64,000 bases of DNA from Candidatus Omnitrophota bacterium (GTDB taxonomy: Bacteria > Omnitrophota > Omnitrophia > Omnitrophales > Aquincolibacteriaceae), in contig DAOSLF010000005.1 in NCBI GenBank assembly GCA_035368605.1, forward strand, positions 54,520-118,519. The letters are read 5' to 3'. Numbering within the stretch: position 1 is the stretch's first letter; each line of letters starts with the position of its first letter. Positions 26,746 through 35,859 of the stretch are shown one piece after another. A program made the position numbers and the translations under genes. The notes under the pieces are model-generated. The model worked only from the letters and a program-made list of their open reading frames with translations. It was not told where the DNA came from and ran no database searches.

Positions 26746-26748
26746 TGG

Positions 26749-28146
26749 TTATCCTTTCAGTCTTGCGTTCACCTGGCGGATGCCGTCTTCCGTAAGCTGG
26801 CCGGAAAGAAAAAGAAGTTTCGCGTACTGGAGCTCAAGCGCGAGACGCAGGTTTTCGCGCCCGGCCGAGGTCTCGAAATAGGCCCGGCGCATCTCGAGGA
26901 GGTCCGCGATCGATTTGCGCCCTTCCTGGTAAAGTTTCGCCGTGAGCTCCGATGCCTCCTTCGCGTCGGCGCAAGCCCCTTTCATGACGGGCGCGTCGAG
27001 CGTGGCGGTCTCGTAGCGCGCAAGCTCCCCGACGAGATCCCTCGCGATCGCGTCGCGGAGCGCGTCGCGATCGGCCTTGAGCGCCTTGTATTTCGCGTTC
27101 GCGTCCTTCACGCGTCCGGGAAGGCCCGGATCGAAAAAGTCCATCGTTCCCTTCATTCCGATCGAAAAGCCCCGGCCGCCGGTGTGCCAGTCGTGGCTGT
27201 TTTCATCCAGGCTCGCGAACCCGTAGACCTTCGGGAGGAAGGAGGTCTTCCGACGCGTCCGTTCGATCCCCTGCGCGTCGAGCATCTGGTCCAGGGCCGC
27301 GAGGTCCTGACGCTTTTGATAGGCCTGCGCGAGCCACGCTTCGAGCGCACTCTTGTCCTGCGCGGTCTCGGGGAATTTTCCGACGGCGTTCCACGTCATC
27401 TCCGGGCTTTCCCCCATCAGGATGTTCATCAACATGTAAGAAGTCTTCCGCAGGGCGCTGAGCCGGTTCACTTCCCGTTCGATCCCCGCCGCGATCACCT
27501 TCGCCGCGTAATAATCCGCGCCGAGGATCATCCCCTTGTCGTTGAGGTCTTTCGCCTGCTGCAGGTCCTTGTCGGAGGCCCGTTTGACCTCGACCGCGAC
27601 GTTATAAAGCGTGTTGGCGAGCAGGATACCGAGATAGCTCTCGAGCGTCACGATCGCGGCTTCCATTTCCGTAAAATCAGCTTCGAGGTCGGCCGACTTC
27701 ACGAGCCGGCGCGCTTCGCGGATCTTCGAGATCGTATTGAACGAATCGAAAAGCAGCATGTCCCCCTCGATGCCAAACCGGTGATTGGTCCGGTGACGGG
27801 GGGTGTTGAGCGCCGGGAGCGCAAAGTTGTTCGAGGTGAAGGACTCCTGACGCAGGAGACTGCCGAACACGAACACCGGATCGTCCGAGGTCTGCATTTC
27901 GTAAACGCCGCGGATCTTCGGGAAAAGTTCGGAGATGACAAGGTTACGGCCCGCCTTCGCCTGTTCCAGCCGTTCGTAGCGTTTGCGGAGCGCGGGATAA
28001 TACCTGAGAACCTTCTCATAACAATCGAGAAAGGTCATCCCGGGGTCTGAAGCGGGCACAGGCACGGAGGCCGTGTCCGCGGACGCGACCTGTATCATAA
28101 AAAAAATAGCGGCGAAGAACGCCGACGCCTTTTTTCCGGTCAACAT
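26749..28146 (-). CDS. TolC-family outer-membrane efflux protein
   Basis: 465 aa with signal peptide MLTGKKASAFFAAIFFMIQVASA and two repeated coiled-coil/beta-strand halves typical of the OEP family. It is immediately upstream of the RND gene. Confidence 0.85.
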   Translation of the reverse strand: MLTGKKASAFFAAIFFMIQVASADTASVPVPASDPGMTFLDCYEKVLRYYPALRKRYERLEQAKAGRNLVISELFPKIRGVYEMQTSDDPVFVFGSLLRQESFTSNNFALPALNTPRHRTNHRFGIEGDMLLFDSFNTISKIREARRLVKSADLEADFTEMEAAIVTLESYLGILLANTLYNVAVEVKRASDKDLQQAKDLNDKGMILGADYYAAKVIAAGIEREVNRLSALRKTSYMLMNILMGESPEMTWNAVGKFPETAQDKSALEAWLAQAYQKRQDLAALDQMLDAQGIERTRRKTSFLPKVYGFASLDENSHDWHTGGRGFSIGMKGTMDFFDPGLPGRVKDANAKYKALKADRDALRDAIARDLVGELARYETATLDAPVMKGACADAKEASELTAKLYQEGRKSIADLLEMRRAYFETSAGRENLRLALELQYAKLLFLSGQLTEDGIRQVNARLKG

Positions 28147-28275
28147 GCTTCACATCTTAATCGGTTCTTCCGCCTTTGAAAACGTTTTTCATCCGTCCTT
28201 TCGGAAGGGATTCTCCTCACTTTTTTCAAGAACCGGGAAGTGATACGATACCCGGGTCGGAATATCCGATCAGGC

Positions 28276-29193
28276 ATGAACAGGATCATGACAAAAAATC
28301 TTTTTGGAACAATCGCAAAGGCGGGACTGCTTCTTTCCCTGATCGCAATCCTCCCTTCAACAGGGAGCGCCGGGGAACGTCCTCTTTTCGCCCGTGCCGA
28401 TAAATCGACTCCCGTGCTGAACACACCGGATTTCAGGTCCGTGTTCGGAGGCGGGGACGGGAGGACTCTGAAACGGGATGCCTCGGGGCTGATCCGCGAG
28501 GTCGAGTTCATCGCCTTGCCCGGAACGGCCTTTGTGGTCGAAACCTCCCTCAAGGTCCGCGGCGCCACGGTCTACCGCGTCCGCACGCCGGAATATCCTT
28601 CTCCCGCGAGCGGCCTTTTCGTCGACAGCCGTTTCGTGTCGGTTTCCGCGAAACCCTTCCCTCCTCGCATGAAGATCCTGCCGCGCGCGAGGCAAATTCT
28701 TGACCGGATGCTGAGTCACGAAGGCGCGAGGTATGTGTGGGGCGGCAATGCCCCCGGAGGCATCCCCGAACTTTTAACGTTTTATCCGCCCGCGGGGGCG
28801 CTTTCCCCGGCAACAAAAAACATGTGGTCTCTCCGCGGCCTGGATTGCTCGGGTCTTCTCTACGAAGCCACCGGAGGCGCAACGCCTCGCAACACATCGG
28901 ATCTCGTCACTTTCGGAAAACCCGTCGCGGTCGCGGGACTGACCCCGGGACAGATCGCGGCCAAACTCCGGCCGCTCGATTTGATCGTCTGGAAAGGTCA
29001 TGTGATCATCGTGCTCGATGAAGAACACACGATCGAAAGCTGCATGGGCTGCTCCCCGCGGGGAGGCGTCACGGTCCGTGACCTGCGCGCCGTCCTCAGG
29101 GAGGTCATGCGCACCCGCACCCCCGAGAACCACTATCCCGCCCAAACCATCCCGTCCCGGAAAACCTTCGTGGTCCGCCGCTGGTTTCCCTGA
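28276..29193 (+). CDS. SH3b-domain NlpC/P60 (C40) cell-wall peptidase, secreted
   Basis: Signal peptide, then an SH3-like region, then NlpC/P60 with the catalytic Cys in GLDCSGLLYE and His in KGHVIIVLDEEH. The start may be at either in-frame ATG (28276 or 28288). Confidence 0.8.
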   Translation: MNRIMTKNLFGTIAKAGLLLSLIAILPSTGSAGERPLFARADKSTPVLNTPDFRSVFGGGDGRTLKRDASGLIREVEFIALPGTAFVVETSLKVRGATVYRVRTPEYPSPASGLFVDSRFVSVSAKPFPPRMKILPRARQILDRMLSHEGARYVWGGNAPGGIPELLTFYPPAGALSPATKNMWSLRGLDCSGLLYEATGGATPRNTSDLVTFGKPVAVAGLTPGQIAAKLRPLDLIVWKGHVIIVLDEEHTIESCMGCSPRGGVTVRDLRAVLREVMRTRTPENHYPAQTIPSRKTFVVRRWFP

Positions 29194-29266
29194 AAAAGCG
29201 CGGACGGAGTCAGCGGACAGATTCAGAGCCCGGGGGCGGAAACAGGGAAAAACATGACCGGACGGT

Positions 29267-30745
29267 TTAATGCCAGGAGGCACGCCGCTCGCGGGCGCGG
29301 CGGTAAATCTCTTCGTAGCGTTTCGCGGAATCGTGCCAGGAAAAACGCTGTTTCATCGCGAGCTTTCGCATCATTTCGATGTGCCGCGGACGGTCAAAGT
29401 AAGTGCTGACGGCCCAACGCACGGTCCCGTAGATCGCTTCCGGAGTGGCATCGTAAAAGAGGAATCCCGTACCGGCGCCCGTCCTTTCATCGTACTGGAT
29501 GACCGTGTCCCGGAGCCCGCCCGTCGCGCGAACGATCGGGAGCGTTCCGTACCGGAGGCTGTACATCTGGTTCAGGCCGCAGGGCTCGTAGAGCGACGGC
29601 ATGAGGAAGAAATCGGAACCCGCCTCAATCAGATGGGCCTTCCTGTTACTGTATCCGATCCAGGCCCCGACGCGTCCGTGATGAACGGCGGGCAGCCCGC
29701 CGAAGAAATCCTCCTGCCATTTTTCGCCGGTCCCGAGGATCACGAACTGCGCTTTCGTGTCGCGGAGCAACCGGACGATCACCGGCATGAGATTCTGGAG
29801 CCCCTTTTGGGGAGCGAACCTTGTGATGATTCCGATCACGGGAACGTTCGCCGCGTTCTCGAGATGAAACTCCGTCTGAAGAGCGTGTTTGCAGACCGCC
29901 TTGCCGCGAAGGTCTTCGGCGGAATAATGCGCCGGGATCAGCTTGTCGGTCGAAGGATCCCAGTGGTCGTAATCGGCGCCGTTCAGGACGCCGGACACAT
30001 CGTCGCGGCGCCGGTTCAGATATTCGGAAAGGCCGTTGCCGCCCGGCTCGGAAAGGATCTCCCCGGCATACGTGGGACTGACGGTGGAGATGTGGTCCGC
30101 GAAAAAGATCGCGCCTTTCATCAGGTTGACGCCGCCGTAGTTTTCGAGAATCTCCTGCCTGTAATTTTCCGGACCGAGCCCGAGGAACGGGTACCGGTCC
30201 CCCTTGAACGTGCCCTGATACGCGATATTGTGGATCGAAAAGACGCTGGCCGTATGTTTGAAGAAAGGATCGTTCTTGTACCAGGTCTTGAGATACACGG
30301 GTATGAGGGCCGTTTGCCAGTCATGCGCGTGGATGATATCAGGGACGAACTTCAGGTCTTTGCAAAGCTGGAGCGCCGCCTTCGAAAAAAAGCCGAACCG
30401 TTCTATGTTGTCCGGATGCTCCCAGTTGCCGTCATCATAAAGCCCGGCGCGGCCGAAATACTGTTCGTGTTCGACGAAATAGACCGGGAAACCGTCCGCC
30501 TTGCCCTGGAGGACCTCGCACCAGACTGTTCCGCCGCCCATTTCGACCCCCATCGGGGCGAGGATCGTCTTGAGATTGTTGGCGTAGCGGTCGACCGCCC
30601 AGTACCGCGGCAGGACAAGCCGGACATCGTGGCCCAGCTTTTTGAGGATCTTCGGGAGGGCGCCGCAGACATCCCCGAGCCCGCCCGTCTTCACGAACGG
30701 AACAGCCTCGGAGGTGACAAAGAGAATCTTGAACTTGCCCGGCAT
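29267..30745 (-). CDS. glgA: Glycogen (starch) synthase, ADP-glucose type GT5. The start is probably at MPGKFKILFV; the listed ORF extends to 30820.
   Basis: KILFVTSEAVPFVKTGGLGDVCGALPK is the GlgA signature, and the overall length fits. Confidence 0.9.
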   Translation of the reverse strand: MPGKFKILFVTSEAVPFVKTGGLGDVCGALPKILKKLGHDVRLVLPRYWAVDRYANNLKTILAPMGVEMGGGTVWCEVLQGKADGFPVYFVEHEQYFGRAGLYDDGNWEHPDNIERFGFFSKAALQLCKDLKFVPDIIHAHDWQTALIPVYLKTWYKNDPFFKHTASVFSIHNIAYQGTFKGDRYPFLGLGPENYRQEILENYGGVNLMKGAIFFADHISTVSPTYAGEILSEPGGNGLSEYLNRRRDDVSGVLNGADYDHWDPSTDKLIPAHYSAEDLRGKAVCKHALQTEFHLENAANVPVIGIITRFAPQKGLQNLMPVIVRLLRDTKAQFVILGTGEKWQEDFFGGLPAVHHGRVGAWIGYSNRKAHLIEAGSDFFLMPSLYEPCGLNQMYSLRYGTLPIVRATGGLRDTVIQYDERTGAGTGFLFYDATPEAIYGTVRWAVSTYFDRPRHIEMMRKLAMKQRFSWHDSAKRYEEIYRRARERRASWH

Positions 30746-31018
30746 CTGCTTCCCGCCGGGGGATGTTCGTTTCACCCGAGCGGTCATTTTTTTCTTTGTT
30801 GGCATAGATTTTGGAATCATATCACAATATTTTTCTAAAAAAACGGAAAATCATCGGCGGAATCGTGCCTCGGGGGCTGTCAACGGCCATCCTCCTCCCT
30901 TGTGTTATAATTCGAATTCGCCCGCAGATTTCCTCAAAACCGTTAAAAGCGGGACCCGTGCGTAATCAGGAGCTATCAAAAAAATGACGCCTCTTTCTTT
31001 TGCGGAAGGCATTGCGAC

Positions 31019-31924
31019 ATGGAATCCGTAACCTCCGACGGAACAAAACCGCTCGTCAGCGTCATCATCCCCTTTTACAACCGGGCGCATGTCCTCCCCC
31101 GCGCCGTTGATTCCGTCCTTGCGCAAAGGGGCTGTAACTTCGAGCTCATTCTCGTGGACGACGGATCGACGGACGCGGCAACGCCCGGACACGGAGCGCA
31201 AAGTACGAAATACGGAGAAAAAGCCACCGGCCGTCACACTGTACTCCGCGCCCCGCACTCCGTGCCTGTTCGATGGATTTCTCAATCAAATAAAGGCCCT
31301 TCCGCCGCGCGCAATCTCGGCATCCGTCACGCGCACGGCAAATGGATCGCGTTCCTCGATTCCGACGACGAGTGGAAACCCGGCAAGCTCAAGGCGCAGA
31401 TGAAGTTCTTCGAAGAAAATCCGGACTACCGGATTTGTCAGACCGAGGAGATTTGGGTCCGAAACGGCGTGCGCGTCAATCCGATGAAGAAACACAAAAA
31501 ATACGGCGGCTGGATTTTCGAAAAGTGCCTGCCGCTTTGCGTTGTGAGCCCGTCGGCCGTCATGATGCACCGCACGCTCCTCGACGAGATCGGCCTTTTC
31601 GACGAATCGCTCCCCGCCTGCGAAGATTACGATCTCTGGCTCCGGATCGCCTCCCGTTATCCCGTCGGGCTGATCGAAAAACCTTACCTCATTAAATATG
31701 GCGGACACGCGGACCAGCGCTCCCGCGAATTCCCGGCAATGGACCGGTTCCGCATCCGCTCGCTCGTGAAACTGTTAAGGGAAGGCTTCCTCACACCGGA
31801 ACAGACCCTCGCCGCCCGGAAAACCCTTGAGGAAAAATCCCGCATCTTCATCCGGGGCGCGTTAAAGCACGGGAACCGGAAGGAAGCCGGGGAAATCCAG
31901 AGGCTTATCGCGGAGAGTTTATAA
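31019..31924 (+). CDS. Family 2 glycosyltransferase (GT-A), carrying an atypical ~35-aa insertion after the DDGSTD motif
   Basis: VSVIIPFYNRAHVLPRAVDSVLAQ..ELILVDDGSTD ... SARNLGI ... the FLDSDDEW DXD motif ... CEDYDLWLRI. Confidence 0.8.
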   Translation: MESVTSDGTKPLVSVIIPFYNRAHVLPRAVDSVLAQRGCNFELILVDDGSTDAATPGHGAQSTKYGEKATGRHTVLRAPHSVPVRWISQSNKGPSAARNLGIRHAHGKWIAFLDSDDEWKPGKLKAQMKFFEENPDYRICQTEEIWVRNGVRVNPMKKHKKYGGWIFEKCLPLCVVSPSAVMMHRTLLDEIGLFDESLPACEDYDLWLRIASRYPVGLIEKPYLIKYGGHADQRSREFPAMDRFRIRSLVKLLREGFLTPEQTLAARKTLEEKSRIFIRGALKHGNRKEAGEIQRLIAESL

Positions 31925-32074
31925 CCTTTCACCACGCGCCCGGCACCATGGACCAGGCGCGGCCACTGTTTCGCAGAGTTTCGCCCGTTTCGCTTCCGCC
32001 GTTTCGGGCTTTTTCAATAAGGTTGCCGGCCCGCGCTGTTCTTGGGCGGAAAGTTTTCCGGCGGGGCGTCCCGG

Positions 32075-33238
32075 TCAGCCCAGCACGGCCCTGACCGCCG
32101 GCAGGATTCTTTCGGCCTGCCAGCGCATGAGACCGCCGGCCTCCATGACGCCCTCAACCGTCGAGGGACGACAACGCACAATATCGACCGCGGCGGCGCG
32201 GGAGACCAGAAAACAGGCTTCGATCTTCAGTTCGTCAGCGATCTTCTTGCACGCGGCGCGCAGTTCCTCCACTTTTTCGCCGGAGACCGGCGCCTCCCGC
32301 GTGAAGGTCATCTTCAGCGGCTCGGGAAAGGCTTCCGCGGGACAGGCCCGCGCGCGACGGATCGCGTCTTCCAGTCTCGTGAGAGTGCCGCCGCTGACCT
32401 TCCGGAGGAAGGCGGGACCTCCCGCGACAGACGCGCCCGGATTCGCGGCAAGCCACCCGGCGAGCGCGATCAGATTCTCGTTCGACATGACCATGAACGG
32501 CGGACGGTCCCGGCGCCGGGACTCGGCGTCGCGCCACGACCAGAGCTCCTTCACGTAGACAAGCACCCCGGACGGCAGCTTCGAGGATCCTTTGATTCGC
32601 CATTCCTCCCTCTCCCCGGCCTTATCCGGACGACCGGAAACTTCGACGACGCGCTCGCAACACTCCCGGTGCCATTCGAGCCGACCCAGGGACTGAAGCT
32701 CACCGGTCATCCGAGCGGCGACGGTTTCGAGATACCGGGTGTCGTCCGCCGCGTAGGTCAGATGCCTGGCCAACAAGGGACGCCGGGCCCAGTCGGCTTT
32801 CCGGGAAGATTTCGGAAGAACGACCCCGCAGAACTTTTCGACAAGCGCCGCGAGACCGATCTTTTCGTAACCAAGCACCTGCGCGGCAAGCATCATGTCG
32901 AAAACGGGCGCGGCAGGCCGGAACCCGAAGGTCTTTTTCATCATCCGCAGGTCATAGTCCGCGCCCTGGATAATCAGTTCCTTGCGGGAGAGTTCCGCGA
33001 GGAATTCCCCGAGATCGAGCCGCGCGAGAGGATCGACCACATAGGTAGCCCCCGCAAAACTCAGCTGGATCAGGCAGACCTTCTCGAAATAATGATGGAG
33101 GCTGTCGGCCTCGGTGTCGAAGGCGACACGGTCAACCGTACGAAGGGCCGCGGTCAGACGGGAAAGGGCTTCCGCGCGGTCGACATAGATGAATTGCGAA
33201 CTGAGCGCGGGGCCGGTGTTCTTTTGCATGGGAAGCAT
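32075..33238 (-). CDS. rnd: Ribonuclease D (DEDDy 3'-5' exonuclease plus HRDC); start at MLPMQKN
   Basis: VAFDTEADSLHHYFEKVCLIQLS is the Exo I motif, and ARHLTYAADDTRYL is Exo III with the catalytic Tyr. A C-terminal HRDC-like region follows. Confidence 0.8.
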   Translation of the reverse strand: MLPMQKNTGPALSSQFIYVDRAEALSRLTAALRTVDRVAFDTEADSLHHYFEKVCLIQLSFAGATYVVDPLARLDLGEFLAELSRKELIIQGADYDLRMMKKTFGFRPAAPVFDMMLAAQVLGYEKIGLAALVEKFCGVVLPKSSRKADWARRPLLARHLTYAADDTRYLETVAARMTGELQSLGRLEWHRECCERVVEVSGRPDKAGEREEWRIKGSSKLPSGVLVYVKELWSWRDAESRRRDRPPFMVMSNENLIALAGWLAANPGASVAGGPAFLRKVSGGTLTRLEDAIRRARACPAEAFPEPLKMTFTREAPVSGEKVEELRAACKKIADELKIEACFLVSRAAAVDIVRCRPSTVEGVMEAGGLMRWQAERILPAVRAVLG

Positions 33239-33320
33239 TATACAACACCGGGGAAATTCTCCGCGCACGCGCGTCCCTTTTGCCTTTCCCATTCCGGGAT
33301 TTGTGAATAAAATACCGCTC

Positions 33321-34049
33321 ATGACGAACCTCCTCGCCGTCGAAACCTCCGGGCCTTTCCTGAGCGTCGCCGTTAAAAAAGGCGGCCGTCCCGTCCGCCG
33401 CGCTCACATGAAAGGCTTCTCACGCCATGTTGAGAGCTTGATCCCCTTGATCGACCGGCTCCTTAAAAAAGAAAAATTGTCCATCCGGGACATCGGCGCC
33501 TTTTTGATCGGACGGGGTCCGGGTTCGTTCACGGGGCTCCGGGTCGGCTTCGCGACGCTGAAAGGCTTTCTTGCGGTACGAGAACGGCCGTGTTTCGGCG
33601 CCCTGTCGCTCGACCTGATCGCCGCGAACGTCAATCCGGGGCGGGGTGATCCCGGCTCAAATCGGGTTCGCACCCCGATTCTGGCCGTGTGTTTGAATGC
33701 CAAGCGTGATAAACTTTATGTTCGTTCGTACCGTTACCACAAGAAAGGGTGGAAACCTCTCGGGGCGCCGGCGGCCGAGGAGCCGGGCGCGTGGCTTGGA
33801 GGATTGCCCGAAGGTACCTGGATCGCCGGCGATGGACTGGCGATCTGCCGCCTTGGGCTTTTGGGAAAGCTCGGGCCGCTTCCCGAAAAACACTGGTACC
33901 CGGACGCCGCGACATTGATCGCACTGTATGAAAGAAAGGATCCGTTGCTCCGAAAGCTGACCAGACCGAAAGACTTGTTGCCGTTCTATTTGCGGGCTTC
34001 CGAAGCCGAGGAACGGCTTAAAACAGCCGGGAGCCGCTCTCGGCGCTGA
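33321..34049 (+). CDS. tsaB: tRNA threonylcarbamoyladenosine biosynthesis protein TsaB (YeaZ); start at MTNLLAVETS
   Basis: LLAVETSGPFLSVAV...GRGPGSFTGLRVGFATLKGF is an inactive Kae1/YeaZ-family signature. Confidence 0.8.
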   Translation: MTNLLAVETSGPFLSVAVKKGGRPVRRAHMKGFSRHVESLIPLIDRLLKKEKLSIRDIGAFLIGRGPGSFTGLRVGFATLKGFLAVRERPCFGALSLDLIAANVNPGRGDPGSNRVRTPILAVCLNAKRDKLYVRSYRYHKKGWKPLGAPAAEEPGAWLGGLPEGTWIAGDGLAICRLGLLGKLGPLPEKHWYPDAATLIALYERKDPLLRKLTRPKDLLPFYLRASEAEERLKTAGSRSRR

Positions 34050-34067
34050 GCTCCTGGCGGAAATCAT

Positions 34068-35201
34068 ATGTCACAACTCACTCAGAGCATTGTTAAACAT
34101 CAGCACGCATCGTGGGTCGAACTGCGTTCAGACCGTCTCCTCGCGAATCTTGAAGCCCTCCGGCAAAGATCGGGGACCTCCGACGCGCTTGCGGTGATCA
34201 AGGCCAATGCGTATGGGCACGGGTTGAACGAGATCGCGAAGATTCTCGACGGCAGGGTCAATTTCTTCGGCGTCGCAACGCTCCGCGAAGGACTGGAACT
34301 GAAGGAACGTCATCCCGGGACTCCGGTCTTCCTCTTCGGACATCCTTTTCCTCATGAGGTTTCCGCCGCGATCGGCGCCAATCTTGTCCTGAGCGTCTCC
34401 AGCTTCGATAAAGCGAAAGAGATTTCCGATTGCTCGGAACAGCTCGGCAGACAAACCCGCGTCCATCTCAAGATCGACACCGGCATGGGCCGCATGGGCA
34501 TCAAGGTCCGGGAGGCCGCAAGGGAGATCATGAAAATCCGCGCGCTGAAAGGCATTCTGCTCGACGGCATTTACATGCACTTCCCGACCGCGGAAACGGA
34601 CGACGATTTCCGCGCCGGACAGGTCGCAAAATTCAGCGCCCTGATCGAGGATCTGGACCGCGGCGGCATCGCTTTCCGTTTCCGCCACGCGCAGAACAGC
34701 GCCGCGAGTCTGAATCTGAAAACCCCCATGCTTAACATGATCCGGCCCGGACTTGCCCTCTACGGCATCTATCCGGGCACAGGATTCGCCGATGCCGCGT
34801 GCCTCGAACCGGTCCTTTCGTTGAAGAGTCGGATCACCTTGATCAAGAGAATCGACGCGGGGGATTCCGTCGGTTATGGCCGCGAATACCGTCCGGACCG
34901 CGAAACAACGATCGCCGTCCTCCCGTTCGGTTACAGCCACGGTTATCCGTGGGCGGCCTGGAAGAAGGCGTGCGTCCTTTATAAAGGAAAACGCTATCCC
35001 CTCGCCGGCAAGGTCTCGATGGATTATCTGACCGTAAACCTCGGAGACCGGAAAGCGGCCGAGGGAGACACTGTGACATTGATCGGCGAGGACGGGGACG
35101 AACGCATTACGGCGGATGAACTCGCCGGATGGGCCGGCACGATACCCTACGAGGTCGTCACGCGGCTGAATCCCCACATTCCGCGCATCGTCCTCTCCTG
35201 A
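34068..35201 (+). CDS. alr: Alanine racemase
   Basis: The PLP-binding motif AVIKANAYGHG is present; 377 aa. Confidence 0.9.
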   Translation: MSQLTQSIVKHQHASWVELRSDRLLANLEALRQRSGTSDALAVIKANAYGHGLNEIAKILDGRVNFFGVATLREGLELKERHPGTPVFLFGHPFPHEVSAAIGANLVLSVSSFDKAKEISDCSEQLGRQTRVHLKIDTGMGRMGIKVREAAREIMKIRALKGILLDGIYMHFPTAETDDDFRAGQVAKFSALIEDLDRGGIAFRFRHAQNSAASLNLKTPMLNMIRPGLALYGIYPGTGFADAACLEPVLSLKSRITLIKRIDAGDSVGYGREYRPDRETTIAVLPFGYSHGYPWAAWKKACVLYKGKRYPLAGKVSMDYLTVNLGDRKAAEGDTVTLIGEDGDERITADELAGWAGTIPYEVVTRLNPHIPRIVLS

Positions 35202-35205
35202 CCTT

Positions 35206-35226
35206 ATCCAACCTCGTAGGTTGGAT
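35206..35226. repeat. Family-A palindrome ATCCAACCTCGTAGGTTGGAT (copy 5), between alr and birA
   Basis: Exact 21-bp palindrome 4 nt after the alr stop. Confidence 0.8.
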
Positions 35227-35277
35227 GATGGTTACAAGGTAACATAAGCGGGGATCGCGGCACGCCGATACCGGGAC

Positions 35278-35859
35278 TTGGCCACGATGATAAATTTCAG
35301 GATCGAACATCTCGAAGAGACCTCCTCAACCAACAGCCTTGTCCTGGAGCGTGCCCGCCACGGAGAACCGGAAGGGCTTGTCATCGTCGCGGGCCACCAG
35401 ACCAGCGGACGCGGCAAGCCGGGCCGGAAATGGGAATCCCCCAGGGGAAAGAACCTCCTTTTTTCCGTTCTGCTCCGTCCGCCGATGAAACCCGCGGGAG
35501 CCCCGCTCCTCACGCAAGTGGCATGCCGGACGGTTGCGAAGGTCCTGGAAGCAAAGTATGATATCCCGTCGACTTTCAAGCGTCCCAACGATGTCATGGT
35601 GAACGGTAAAAAAATCTGCGGGATATTGACGGAAGCCATAAGCTCCGGCAACCGCCTTGAAGCTGTCGTAATCGGCATCGGCCTCGACGTGAACGCCGAA
35701 ACTGAAGAAATACCTCCGGAAGCTGTTTCGATGAAGGTCCTCCGGGGAATAACATACGTCCTCCCGGACGTCCTGAACGGCATTCTTGCGGAACTGAACA
35801 GAAACTTAAAAGATCTCTATAAAAAAGGAAGTCATGGGGAAATGCCTGCTTGCCATTGA
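35278..35859 (+). CDS. birA: Biotin--[acetyl-CoA-carboxylase] ligase: catalytic core only, with no HTH domain and apparently no C-terminal SH3-like domain
   Basis: GHQTSGRGKPGRKWESPRGKNLLFSVLL and GIGLDVN are BirA catalytic motifs. The ORF ends about 40 aa after GIGLDVN and overlaps the coaX start by 26 nt. Confidence 0.8.
   Translation: MATMINFRIEHLEETSSTNSLVLERARHGEPEGLVIVAGHQTSGRGKPGRKWESPRGKNLLFSVLLRPPMKPAGAPLLTQVACRTVAKVLEAKYDIPSTFKRPNDVMVNGKKICGILTEAISSGNRLEAVVIGIGLDVNAETEEIPPEAVSMKVLRGITYVLPDVLNGILAELNRNLKDLYKKGSHGEMPACH

Noticed and set aside
223-30820. 1-nt disagreements between my manual base counting and the supplied ORF coordinates (for example around 223/226 and 30745/30820)
   Set aside because: This is almost certainly my counting slips on the 60-column layout. 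I used the ORF-track frame and arithmetic for all internal start codons, and I flag hand-derived coordinates as +/-1-2 nt.
31983-32014. Possible terminator after the GT2 gene (GCCCG...CGGGC followed by TTTTT)
   Set aside because: The stem is only 5 bp with a 17-nt loop. That is too weak to call.
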